A stretch of DNA of 64,000 nucleotides, taken from NCBI GenBank assembly GCA_963745835.1, contig CAVUZH010000003.1:416001-480000 (forward strand), in the 5' to 3' direction. This DNA comes from an uncultured delta proteobacterium (GTDB lineage: Bacteria; Desulfobacterota; Binatia; UBA9968). Position numbers and translations under genes: made by a program. The notes under the pieces were generated by a model. That model worked only from the letters and a program-made list of their open reading frames with translations. It was not told where the DNA came from and did no database searches. Positions 53,472-64,000 of the stretch are shown here, in pieces. Every line of letters begins with the position of its first letter. The stretch's first letter is position 1.

Positions 53472-53668
53472 CTTGATTCACTCCTTTGCGGGTGTTGATT
53501 GAATGGCGCCAGCCTACGCCAGTCGAGATTCACGTTCAAGCGCGGCCTTCAGCATCGCGCAATATTTTGAGCTTCGCAGCATCGCCGAGTCGGTTCTTTC
53601 CCGCTGTCTAAACTCATCGCGACATTTGCGAAGCTCGATGGTCGAACAGCCGCGCAGGAATGAAACCA

Positions 53669-53825
53669 CTAGCAGGTTGCTGAAAAACTCTGGTTGCAGG
53701 CTGCTCAAAAAGATCCAGATGCGAGGCGCGCGATGAAATCGACGAGCTAAGGCGTACTTACAGTACGTTGCAGCGAGACGATTGAGTGCAACGAAGCATA
53801 TGGGTCTTTTTCAGGAGCCTGCTAG
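53669..53825 (-). mobile_element. MITE family A, copy 3, at the left edge of the defence island
   Basis: CTAGCAGGTTGCTGAAAAA ... TTTTTCAGGAGCCTGCTAG with CTAG at both ends. Confidence 0.8.
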
Positions 53826-54051
53826 GCTGAAAACCCTTGGCATACGGACGTTCTTTGGATTAGAATCCCCTCGCCGATATTGTTTGCAGCCCGAGCCTGC
53901 CTTTCCGGATCTCCGAGCGCAAATTCCCGGCACATTAAATCCAATCACGTTTAAGAGAGCGACTCTGCATCGCCGAAAAGCTCAGAGGACGAACCCGCTA
54001 GCAGCGCTCGCGTGATCATAAGCGGTGGAGACCCAAGTAAGTTAAACAGAT

Positions 54052-55616
54052 ATGTCAAATAACGGTAATAACGATAAATCTCTCGAATCGTGGATCTGGG
54101 ATGCCGCGTGTTCGATCCGCGGCGCAAAGGATGCCCCGAAGTTCAAGGAATACATCCTGCCGCTGATCTTCGCCAAGCGGCTGTGCGATGTCTTCGACGA
54201 CGAGTTGAACCGCATCGCCAAAGAGGTCGGCTCGCGCGCCAAGGCGTTCAAGCTCGTCAAGCACGACAAGAAGCTCGTCCGCTTCTACCTGCCGCTCGAG
54301 CCGCAGAATCCCGACGATCCCGTCTGGTCAGTCATCCGCAAGCTCACCGACAAGATCGGCGAGCAGCTGACGACCTACCTGCGCGACATCGCCGATGCCA
54401 ACCCGCTGCTCAAGGGAATCATCGACCGAGTGGACTTCAACGCCACGACCCACGGCCAGCGCGATATCGACGACGACCGCTCTCAGCAATCTGATCGAGC
54501 GGATCAGCGAGAAGCGCCTGGGTCTCAAGGACGTCGAGGCCGACATCATCGGCCGCAGCTACGAGTACCTCATCCGCAAGTTCGCCGAGGGCAGCGTCTC
54601 CAGCGCCGGCGAATTCTACACGCCCACGGAAGTCGGCCTGGTCATGGCGCGCATCATGGACCCCGAGCCGGGCATGAGAGTCTACGATCCCTGCTGCGGC
54701 TCGGCGGGACTGCTCATCGAGTGCGAGTTGGTGCTGCGACGAAAAGATGAACTGCGCTCGCGCAAGAAGTACGCGCCGCTCCAGCTCCACGGCCAGGAGT
54801 ACATCGCCGGAAACCTGGGCGATGGCCAACATGAACATGATCATCCACGACATGGAGGGCCAGATCGAGATCGGCGACACGTTCAAGAACCCGAAGTTCC
54901 GCAAGGGCAACCGCCTCCAGACCTTCGACCGCGTCGTCGCCAATCCGATGTGGAACCAGGACTGGTGCAAGGAAGACGACTACGACGCCGACGAGCTGGA
55001 CCGCTTTCCGAAGGGCGCGGGCTTTCCCGGCCGCAAGGCCGACTGGGGCTGGGCGCAGCATCATCCTCGCCTCGCTGAACGACGCAGGCCGGGCCGCGAT
55101 CGTGCTCGACACCGGCGCCGCCTCGCGCGGCTCCGGCAACGCCAACAAGAACAAGGAAAAAGACGTGCGCCAATGGTTCGTCGAGCAGGACCTGATCGAA
55201 GGCGTGATCTACCTGCCCGAAAATCTGTTCTACAACACCACCGCGCCGGGCATCATGCTGTTCCTGAACAAGGCCAAGCCGAAGGACCGCAAGGGCAAGC
55301 TTTTCCTGCTCAACGCCAGCCAGCGAGTTCGACAAAGGCGACCCGAAGAACTATCATCTCCGACGACGCCATCGCAGCGAATCGCCGAGACGTTCAAAGC
55401 GTGGCAGGAAGAGGAGAAATTCGCCGCATCGTCACGCGCGAGGAGATCGCGAAGAAGGATTACAACATCTCGCCCAGCCGCTACATCCACACCGGCGAAG
55501 CGGACGAGTACCGGCCGATCGCGGAGATTGTGGAGGAGTTGGATGAGCTCGAAGAAGAGGCATCCGAGGTTAGCGCCGCACTTCGTCGTATCTTACATAG
55601 CCTACACGCGAGCTAA
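54052..55616 (+). CDS. hsdM: Type I restriction-modification methyltransferase subunit M (several apparent frameshifts)
   Basis: [15 protein letters not shown]-domain, [16 protein letters not shown], motif [10 protein letters not shown], motif [26 protein letters not shown]; pieces in ORFs 54052, 54395, 54747 and 55102. Confidence 0.93.
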
Positions 55617-56898
55617 ATGGAAAACGGTTTGGATATTGCTGAAGGCTGGCAACGACGGCCACTCCGAGAGATTGGAGACGTTGTTACAGGTCGCACTCCC
55701 AGCACCAGCCGAACTGATATTTTATGGCGGGGACTACAACTTAGTCTCACCCGCGGATTTGAATGGTAACAAATACGTAGGCTCCGCCCATCGACGCCTA
55801 ACGAGAGCTGGCTTTGAGCAATGCCGCGCGTTGCCAAGGGACGCTGTCCTCGTAGGCTGCATCGGAAACGTGGGAAAGCTCGGGATGGTTGCTGACGAAT
55901 ATACCGCATCCAATCAGCAGATAAACGCGATTGTCTGTTCTTCCGAGTACGATCCGCATTTCATATACTATCGCCTTTACAAGGATCGAGATCGTTTGGA
56001 AAAGGCCGCCGTTAAGACCACTGTTCCAATCCTAAATAAGACTAACTTCGAGAGCTTTGAGGTAGACGTTCCATGTCTGGCGGACCAGCGAAAGATTGCG
56101 GCGGTGTTGGGGCTGGTGCAACGGGCGATCGAGCAGCAGGAGCGGCTGATCGCGCTGACCGCGGAACTGAAAAAGGCGCTTCTCCACAAACTCTTCACCG
56201 AAGGCCTCCGCGGCGAACCACAAAAACAAACCGAAATCGGCCCCGTGCCGGAGAGTTGGGAGGTGGCCGAGCTAGGAAAGCTTGTCAACCTCTTCGGCGG
56301 CTATGCGTTCAGGTCAGAAGATTCCGTACCGATCTCGAATACTCAGCTAGTGAGGATGGGCAACCTCTATCAGAATAAGCTCGATCTGACGCGAAGTCCT
56401 ATTTTTTACCCGGATGATTTTACCCAGCAGTACGCTCGTTTCGTCCTAAAGCAGGGAGATCTAATCATGTCGCTGACGGGGACGAGTGGGAAAGAAGACT
56501 ACGGTTTTACGGTTGAAATAAAACACGTTCCCAAAACTCTCTTGCTTAACCAGCGCGTTGCGAGGGTCGACATTACCTGCAGTAAACTGGTTAAAGATTT
56601 CCTTTTTTATTTTTTGTTGTCTCGAAAGTTTCTCAATCAGCTGTATCAAACTGCTAAGGGTATGAAACAAGCCAATCTCTCAACGTATGCTATGAAGGAA
56701 TTGAAAGTTCCTGTTCCCTCCGTACGTGAACAGAAAAACATCGCAGATTATTTCAGAGCGATTGATCAGAGGAATGACATTCATCAAAGACGAGTAGATA
56801 TGCTACAGGATCTCTTCCGTACCTTGTTGCACCAACTGATGATGGCGCAGATTCGGGTCCACGATCTAAACCTTTCAGAGTTGGAGTCAGACCTATGA
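55617..56898 (+). CDS. hsdS: Type I restriction-modification specificity subunit S (apparent frameshift near 55720)
   Basis: ATG directly after the hsdM TAA: [30 protein letters not shown]. Two TRDs (NQQIN; LNQRV) each followed by conserved helices (DQRKIA..L; [16 protein letters not shown]; P.VREQK.IA). Confidence 0.92.
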
Positions 56899-58346
56899 GC
56901 AACGAGGCGATTTCCGCCGAAACCCTCATCCGCGAATACACTCGCGAGCTCCATAACAAGAACACAGCCGTGTTCGCAGGCGCCGGCCTATCGATGAGTT
57001 CAGGTTACGTTGATTGGAGAGGGCTGCTCCGCGAAATCATCCGAGATCTTGGTCTCGATCCGGAGAAGGAGCACGACCTGGTTACTCTGGCTCAATACCA
57101 TTGCAATCGAGCCGGAGGCAATAAAACGCAACTTACTCAAGCTATTTTCAACTATTTTGCTACAACCAAAACGCCAAACCAAAATCATAGTATTTTGGCA
57201 CGTCTTCCAATTCATACTTACTGGACGACTAACTATGACAAATTGATTGAGAAGGCGCTAGAAGAAGCTAAAAAGGTGCCGGATGTAAAGTATACGCTGA
57301 AACAACTATCCGTAACACGACCAGATCGCGACGTCGTTGTTTTCAAGATGCACGGCGACGTTGATAACCCAGCAGACGCTATTATCTCCAAAGACGACTA
57401 CGAAGCTTATCCGATTAAAATGAGCGCCTTCGCCTCAGCGTTACGCGGCGATCTTGTCGAAAAGACTTTCCTTTTCTTGGTTTCAGTTTCACGGATCCAA
57501 ACATCGATTATATTCTCAGCCGGGTGCGAGTTCAGTACGAGCAACACCAACGCCAGCACTATTGCGTCCAAAAACGAGTATCGAGGATTAGGATGAATCC
57601 GATGAGGACTTTAACTATAGAGGTCTAAAACAAGACTATTTCATCCGAGACCTGAAGCGCTTTGGCATCTGCACTGTCTCGTTGACGAGTATTCGGAAAT
57701 CACTGCGCTCCTTGAAAGGATCGCAGCAACCTATAGGCGTTCGTCCATTTTTCTTTCTGGCGCCGCTGAGGACTACGCAAGCTGGACTCGTGAAGACGCC
57801 GAGGCGTTTTTGCACAAGCTGAGCTATCAACTCGCCTCAAAGAAAAACCGGATCATTACGGGCTTTGGGCTTGGCGGTGGAGGGCCTGTCATCAACGGCG
57901 CTCTGGCTTATCTGAACGATGCAGGAAAAACAATCGCTGACGAAGACATTATGATGCGGCCGTTCCCACAAGTCGCTACCGGCGGTAAAAGCCTTACTGA
58001 AGAGTGGACGCAGTATCGCAAGAGAATGATCGACTATGCGGGTATTGCGATCTTTATTTTTGGAAACAACCGTGACGTCAACGGGGACATTGTTCCATCG
58101 AATGGAATGAGAGAGGAATTTGATCTTTGCCTCGCCGCGCGAGTTCGCCCACTGCCTATTGGCGCAACGGGTTTCATGGCGGAGACGTTGTTCAATGAAG
58201 TGCTTAGCAATTTTGCAAAGGTCTATCCGAATGCGGATGGCGAATTTCGTCGTGAATTTGAAAGCCTGGGAGATAACTCAAAACGACCCGACGAACTTAT
58301 TACTATCGTACAGAAGCTAAGTGAGCGCCTGCAGAAAGGCGGATAA
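56895..58346 (+). CDS. thsA: Thoeris ThsA: SIR2 NADase plus SLOG/STALD sensor domain (apparent frameshifts ~57480-57670)
   Basis: SIR2 motifs [19 protein letters not shown] and reconstructed [11 protein letters not shown]-terminal IFLSGAA...[14 protein letters not shown]...RPFPQ...YRKRMI...IFIFGN...GMREEF...PIGATG is typical of type I ThsA. Confidence 0.9.
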
Positions 58347-58348
58347 CA

Positions 58349-58922
58349 ATGGCCAAGAGAGTATATTTTGCATTTGACTATGAAGACGTGAGTGACTTTC
58401 GCGCTAACGTTGTGCGGAAACACAACTTTACGGGAGGTGTGTTGAGAAGGCGGGTTATTTCGACGCCTCCATTTGGGAAGAGGCTAAAAGAAAGACGCGG
58501 TTGCCTTGAAACGTTTGATCAACGCGGAACTGGAAAACACGTCTGTAACGGCGGTGCTTATTGGCGCCGGGACTTATGCTCGCCGTTGGGTACGCTATGA
58601 GATCGTCAACAGTATTGAGCGTGGAAATAAAGTCATCGGCATTCACATCAACAACATCCTGGATAAAAACCGGCAAGCAAAACCTCTCGGGCCAAATCCG
58701 TTCGATTATCTTGGTATGGAGATCAGTCAAAACGGCACGCGAGGCACGCCAAGGGTTTGGGATGGGACGCAATGGGTTTATTACCAGGATCTGGATGCAT
58801 TTGCGATTGTTCAGCAGCCTTTAGATAAACGAGGAAAGCGCTTTCAGCTGTCGCATTGGCTGCCGGTTTACGACTGGGTTACTAATGACGGTTACAACAA
58901 TTTCAGTAGCTGGGTCCAATAA
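58349..58922 (+). CDS. thsB: Thoeris ThsB TIR-domain protein (DUF1863-like; apparent frameshifts ~58440-58500)
   Basis: MAKRVYFAFDYED..FRANVVR, FDASIWEEAK, INAELENTSVTAVLIG, catalytic RRWVRYEI, GPNPF, VYDWV..DGYNNF. Confidence 0.88.
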
Positions 58923-59487
58923 TGTCTCTGTTTCGTGAATCAGTGCACGTGAGAGCAAGGTGGCTGCGCACGTATCGCACCGCACCGACCCTCTTGAACG
59001 AACCATAACAAAAAGGTCGTGTTTCTGGACATGATACTTTTCTATCTCATGCCTACGATGATCGGGACCTCGTTATCGCCTGGCATTATTGATCCAAGAC
59101 CTTGGTTATTCAGTTTACATTGATTGGCGGGATCATTCGTCGCTTGATCGTAACCGTGTTACCTCGGCGACAGCGGAAAGGCTCCGCCATCGGATGAAGA
59201 CAAGTAAAAGTTTGTTCTATTCAACTAGTGAAAGCGCTAGTCAATCAAAATGGATGCCTTGGGAGCTAGGCTACAAAGATGGTCAGAATGACCGAGCTGC
59301 AATTCTTCCCGATTTCTCGTCAGTTAACCGATGCCTATAATGGACAGGAGTTTTTGGGCGTTTATCCTTATGTCAATCAGGACGCGGACAGACAAGGTAA
59401 ACAGCGACTTTGGATTCATAGAAGTCCGACTGTTATGTGGTTTTCGACAATTGGCTCGCTGGAAAAGAACCTTGGGAAAGAGGTTAA
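58922..59487 (+). CDS. Second TIR-domain protein (ThsB-like, different clade; apparent frameshifts)
   Basis: TAATG coupling to thsB. Reconstructed FLSHAYDD...GYSVYIDW...LDR..VT..TAERLRHRM..SKSL...SKWMPWELGY.DG....AILP...GQEFLGVYP...FDNWL, ending TAA at 59487. Confidence 0.8.
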
Positions 59488-59633
59488 AGAGCTGCTGTCC
59501 CATGGAAACTGTCCGTTGGAACAAACGGTGACCGTGAACGAGCAACAGCTTGGCAGCCTATTTGACGGCTATTCCAACATAATTGCTTGAATAGAGGCCT
59601 TGTCTTCATAGAAAAGCAATCCGAGACCTAATA

Positions 59634-60718
59634 ATGTCCTTCGACCCAGACAAGCCTTACAACGACCTCCCGCTGCTTCCTCCGAAGGCGGAGCTTGAAA
59701 CCAAAGCGGTGCTGAGAAAGGCGATCGCGGCGAACAAGGCGCTGGCGGAGCTGAAGGGTGCGGGGGAGTTGATTCCGAACCAGGGTGTTTTGATCAACGC
59801 GATCGTTTTGCAGGAGGCGAAGCTGTCGTCGGAGATCGAGAACGTCGTGACGACGAATGACGAATTGTACCGAGCGTTTGCCGACGCGGGACAGACTACC
59901 GACCTACAGACTAAAGAGGTTTTACACTATTCGGAAGCGCTCTGGCATGGCTACGAGCTGCTCAAGAATAAGAAACGACCGCTGACCACCAACTTGTTCA
60001 TCGAGTTGTTCCAGATCGTCAAGCAGACGAGCGAGGGTATTCGGAAAGGCGGCGGAACCAAGCTGGCGAATCCGGCGACGAAAAGAATCATTTACAGCAC
60101 CGCCCGAAGGGGGAAAATATCCTGCGCGATAAGCTGGCTAATCTGGAGAAGTTCATCTATTCGGAGGACGACTGGACCGCTGATTAAGCTTGCGGTGCTG
60201 CATTATCAGTTCGAAGCGATTCACCCGTTTAGCGACGGCAACGGACGGACAGGGCGAATCATCAATATTCTTACCTGCTCGACCGCGGCTTGCTCGATAC
60301 TCCGGTGTTGTATCTGAGCCGGTACATTATCGAGAACAAGGACGGCTACTACCGGGCGCTGAGAAAGGTCACGGAAACCGGTGCGTGGGAACCCTGGGTT
60401 CTTTACATGCTGGAAGGGGTGGAACAAACGGCACGATGGACCCGGGTCGAGTCCGTGGCGATCAAGGATCTGATGAACAAGACCGCCGAGATAGTCAGGA
60501 AGAGGGCGCCAAAGATCTATTCAAAAGATCTTGTCGAGGTCGTCTTTCACCAGCCCTACAGCAAGATCAAGTTCCTGGAGGAGATGGGGATCGGCAACCG
60601 GCAGACCGCTTCGGCTTATTTGAGGGAGTTAGAAAAAATCGGCGTGCTTCGGGGCGTGAAAAAGGGCCGGGAAATTTACTATCTGAACGGCAAGTTTTTG
60701 GATTTGCTAGCGAAGTAG
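59634..60718 (+). CDS. fic: Class II Fic family protein with N-terminal Fic_N region and C-terminal HTH (apparent frameshifts)
   Basis: PYNDLPLLPP start, inhibitory SSEIEN motif, catalytic HPFSDGNGRTGR, LYLSRYI, C-terminal RQTASAYLRELEKIGVL. Confidence 0.9.
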
Positions 60719-60737
60719 GACAAAGGGCCGGTAGGGC

Positions 60738-61050
60738 ATATGTTCGCGAAACGAACATGTACCAGGGATATGTCGAAAAAAGCAGTTTTTTTCGACATAT
60801 CTCGAAAACATGTCGAAGGCGCGAACATGTGGGCGAGTGTGGCTGAACCTCATCTTCTTCACCGGATTTGCGCGCCACTTTATGTGGCGCGATTCCGGAA
60901 TCGCGCCATTATGACAAACCGGATGCGCGTGCCAGAAATTGACGTTGATATTGAGTTAGGTAACCGCACGGTCATAAACGGTAATCGGATATGTCCAAGA
61001 AAGCCGCTTTTTTGGACATATCCCGAGAACTTGTCCAAGCTTGGACATAT
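60738..61050. repeat. Cluster of palindromes built on an A(T/C)ATGTC(G/C)AA half-site, plus a perfect 24-bp palindrome
   Basis: Dyads at 60738-60760, 60767-60801, 60808-60830, 60987-61023 and 61032-61047; TGGCGCGATTCCGGAATCGCGCCA at 60885-60908. Confidence 0.75.
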
Positions 61051-61066
61051 CGATATAGCTTGACTG

Positions 61067-64000
61067 ATGGCCAATCCCACCGAGTACAAGACCGTTCAGG
61101 CCCGCATCCTGGCCTACGCGCAGGAGATCGGCTGGACGTATGTGCCGCGCGAGAGGCGGAGCGGCGGCGCGGGTTTGATCCTGACGGCGCCACGCCGGAA
61201 GAGCGGGCCCGCACGGCGTCTCTCTATTCTTCGGCGACCTGCTCCACGCCCAGGTTCGCGCCTTCAATCCGAAATACAAAGAAGCCGAGGGCGCGCTGGT
61301 CGGCGAGTTGCAGCGGCTCCACGCGGACATCTCCGGCAACCGCGATTTCCTGACCGCTCTGCGCAACCAGGGCAAGTTTTTCTCTGCGGAGGAGAACCGC
61401 GAGCTGGACCTGACGCTGATCGACTACGGCGACCTGGCTCGACCCGCGAAACGATTGGCGCAACGTCTACGAGGTGACCGAGGAGTTCTACGTCCACAAC
61501 GGCCGCTACGGCACGCGCGAGGATGTGGTCTTTCTCATCAACGGCATCCCGGTGCTGGTGATCGAGTGCAAGAACGCGACCAAGGACGAGGCGATCGCGC
61601 TCGGCGTCGATCAGATCCGCCGCTACCACGCGAGACGCCGGAAGTGATGGTGCCGCAGATGCTCTTCACCGCCACCGAGGCGATCGGCTTCGCCTACGGC
61701 GTGACCTGGAACATGGTCCGCCGCAACATCTTCAACTGGAAGCACGAGGAGAACGGCAACCTCGAAGCAAGGTCAAGAGCTTCTGCGCCGTGCCGCATCT
61801 GCTGCGCTTGCTGAAGGACTTCATCCTCTTTGCCGAGAAGGACGAGGAGCTGCAGAAGTTCATCCTGCGCCAGCACCAGACGGCGGCCGTGGAGAGGGTG
61901 GTGGCGCGCGCGCTGGACCCGAAGCGCGCGCGCGGGCTGGTCTGGCACACGCAGGGCAGCGGCAAGACCTACACGATGATCAAGGCCGCCGAGCTGCTGT
62001 TCAAGGCGCCGCAGGCGGAGAAGCCGACCGTCCTGGTGATGATCGACCGCAACGAGCTGGAAGACCAGATGCTCAGGAACCTGGCGGCGGTCGGGCTGGG
62101 CAACGTGGCGCACGCCGACCGCATCGCGGAGCTGAACAAGCTGCTCAAGGAGGACTACCGCGGCATCATCGTCACGATGATCCACAAGTTCCGCGACATG
62201 CCGGCGGACCTCAACACGCGGACGAACATCTTCGTGCTGATCGACGAGGCCCACCGCACGACCGGCGGCGACCTCGGCAACTACCTGATGGCCGGCCTGC
62301 CGAACGCGACGTTCATCGGCTTCACCGGCACGCCGGTGGACAAGACCGCCTACGGCAAGGGGACGTTCAAGACCTTCGGCGGCGAGGACGACAAGGGCTA
62401 CCTCCACAAGTATTCGATCCGCGAGAGCATCGAGGACGGCACGACGCTGCCGCTCTACTACAACCTCGCGCCCAACGAGATGCTCGTGCCGCACGAAGTG
62501 ATGGAGAAGGAGTTCTGGCTCTCGCCGAGACCGAGGGCATCGCCGACATCGAGGAGCTGAACAAGATCCTCGACCGGGCGGTGAACCTGAAGAACTTCCT
62601 CAAGGGCGAGGAGCGGGTCGACAAGGTGGCGCGGTACGTGGCCGAGCACTACGTCGAGAACGTCGAGCCGCTGGGCTACAAGGCGTTTCTGGTGGCCGTG
62701 GACCGCGAGGCGTGCGCCCTCTACAAGGAGGCGCTCGACGAGTACCTGCCGCCGGAGTATCTCGGAGGTCGTCTACACCGGCAACAACAACGACCCGCCG
62801 CAGCTGAAGAAGTGGCACCTCGACGAGAAGAAGGAGAAGCAGATCCGCAAGGACTTCGCCAAGGTCGGCGAAGACCCGAAGATCCTGATCGTCACCGAGA
62901 AGCTGCTGACCGGCTTCGACGCGCCGATCCTCTACGCGATGTATCTCGACAAGCCGATGCGCGACCACACGCTGCTGCAGGCGATCGCGCGGGTGAACCG
63001 GCCCTACGAGAACGAGCGGGAGGAGATGGTCAAGCCGCACGGCTTCGTGCTCGACTTCGTCGGCATCTTCGACAAGCTGGAGAAGGCGCTGGCGTTCGAC
63101 AGCGACGAGATCAACGCGATCGTCAAGGACCTCGGGCTGCTCAAGCAGCTGTTCAAGGCCAAGATGGAGAGCAAGGCGCCGGAGTATCTGGCGCTCGTCA
63201 CGCAGGACTTCAACGACAAGGACGTGGACAACCTGATCGAGCACTTCCGCGACAAGGAGCGGCGCAAGGAGTTCTTCAAGGAGTACAAGGAAATCGAGAT
63301 GCTCTACGAGATCATCTCGCCGGACGCGTTCCTGCGGCCGTTCATCGACGACTACGCGACCCTGTCGTCGATCTACGCCGTGGTCCGAAAGGCCTACGCA
63401 AAGAAGGTGTACGTCGACAAGGCGTTCCAGCGGAAGACCAACGAGCTGGTGCAGAAGCACATCGGCACCACGGTCATCGAGCAGTGCGACAAATTCGTGA
63501 AGCTCGATCGCGCCGCCATCGAGACGATCAAAAAGAGCGAGGAAGGGGAGGCGGTCAAGGTCATCAATCTCATCAAGTCGATCGAGAGAACGGCGGAGGA
63601 GAACAGCGACGATCCCTTCCTCGTCGCCCTGGCGGAGCGGGCGAGGGCGGTGCAGGAGAGCTTCGAGGACCGGCAAAGCAGCACGGCAGAAGCGCTGGCC
63701 GAGCTGCTTAAGGAAATCGAGAGGAACGAGGAGCGCAAGAAAACAGACGGCGAAGGGCCTGGACGCCATGACCTACTTCGTCCTGTGCAAGCTCACCGAC
63801 GACGGCATCCCGAACCCTGAGATCGCCAGCAGGAAAGTGCGCGGGCGTTCGCCAAGTATACCAACTGGCGGTGCAGCGAGGCTGAGCTGCGCGAGGTGCG
63901 CAAGACAGGTGACTTTCGCGCATCATCGCCGAGGAGGAAGACCTCGAAAGGTGACAGCAGCGGTCGAAGCCTTGTTCACTCTTCTGCACAAGGCTCCGGC
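61067..64000 (+). CDS. hsdR: Type I restriction endonuclease subunit R (apparent frameshifts; runs to window end)
   Basis: Nuclease [18 protein letters not shown], Walker [55 protein letters not shown]. Confidence 0.93.

Noticed and set aside
53480-54050. Integration site (tRNA, att, integrase) at the left border of the defence island
   Set aside because: No tRNA fold, integrase or att-like repeat was recognised; only a MITE copy is present.
55102-56898. 598-aa ORF that looks like an HsdM-HsdS fusion
   Set aside because: It is produced by frameshifts. hsdM has its own C-terminus and TAA at 55614-55616, and hsdS has its own ATG at 55617 with a typical N-terminus in another frame.
60738-61050. 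Possible CRISPR array
   Set aside because: The repeats are not identical or regularly spaced, there are no spacers of constant length, and no cas genes are in the window.
54052-64000. Phase variation or programmed frameshifting of the R-M/Thoeris genes
   Set aside because: Indels are numerous, mostly not in long simple-sequence tracts, and also affect unrelated metabolic genes at 51-53 kb.

Overview
Bacterial genomic DNA of moderately high GC. The gene content (many orphan NMT1/SsuA-type and Bug/TctC substrate-binding proteins, amidohydrolases, MmgE/PrpD, VOC and RraA enzymes) resembles soil Deltaproteobacteria-like lineages such as Ca. Binatia; this taxonomy is an inference only. Positions 1-53.5 kb are mostly catabolic, transport and signalling genes: a tctBAC-prpD-enolase-amidohydrolase cluster, uvsE, an ABC-F protein, and a PAS kinase/response regulator/hybrid kinase operon. 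At least three kinds of small inverted-repeat elements (MITE-like) are interspersed, one nested inside another. From 54 kb to the window end there is an anti-phage island. It is a type I restriction-modification operon (hsdM-hsdS ... hsdR) carrying, between hsdS and hsdR, a Thoeris system (SIR2-SLOG ThsA plus two different TIR genes, with overlapping or adjacent start/stop codons), a class II Fic gene, and a ~310-bp array of covarying palindromes. Genes from ~51 kb onward carry many single-base frameshifts, most simply explained as long-read consensus errors. No rRNA, tRNA, CRISPR array, transposase or integrase was recognised.
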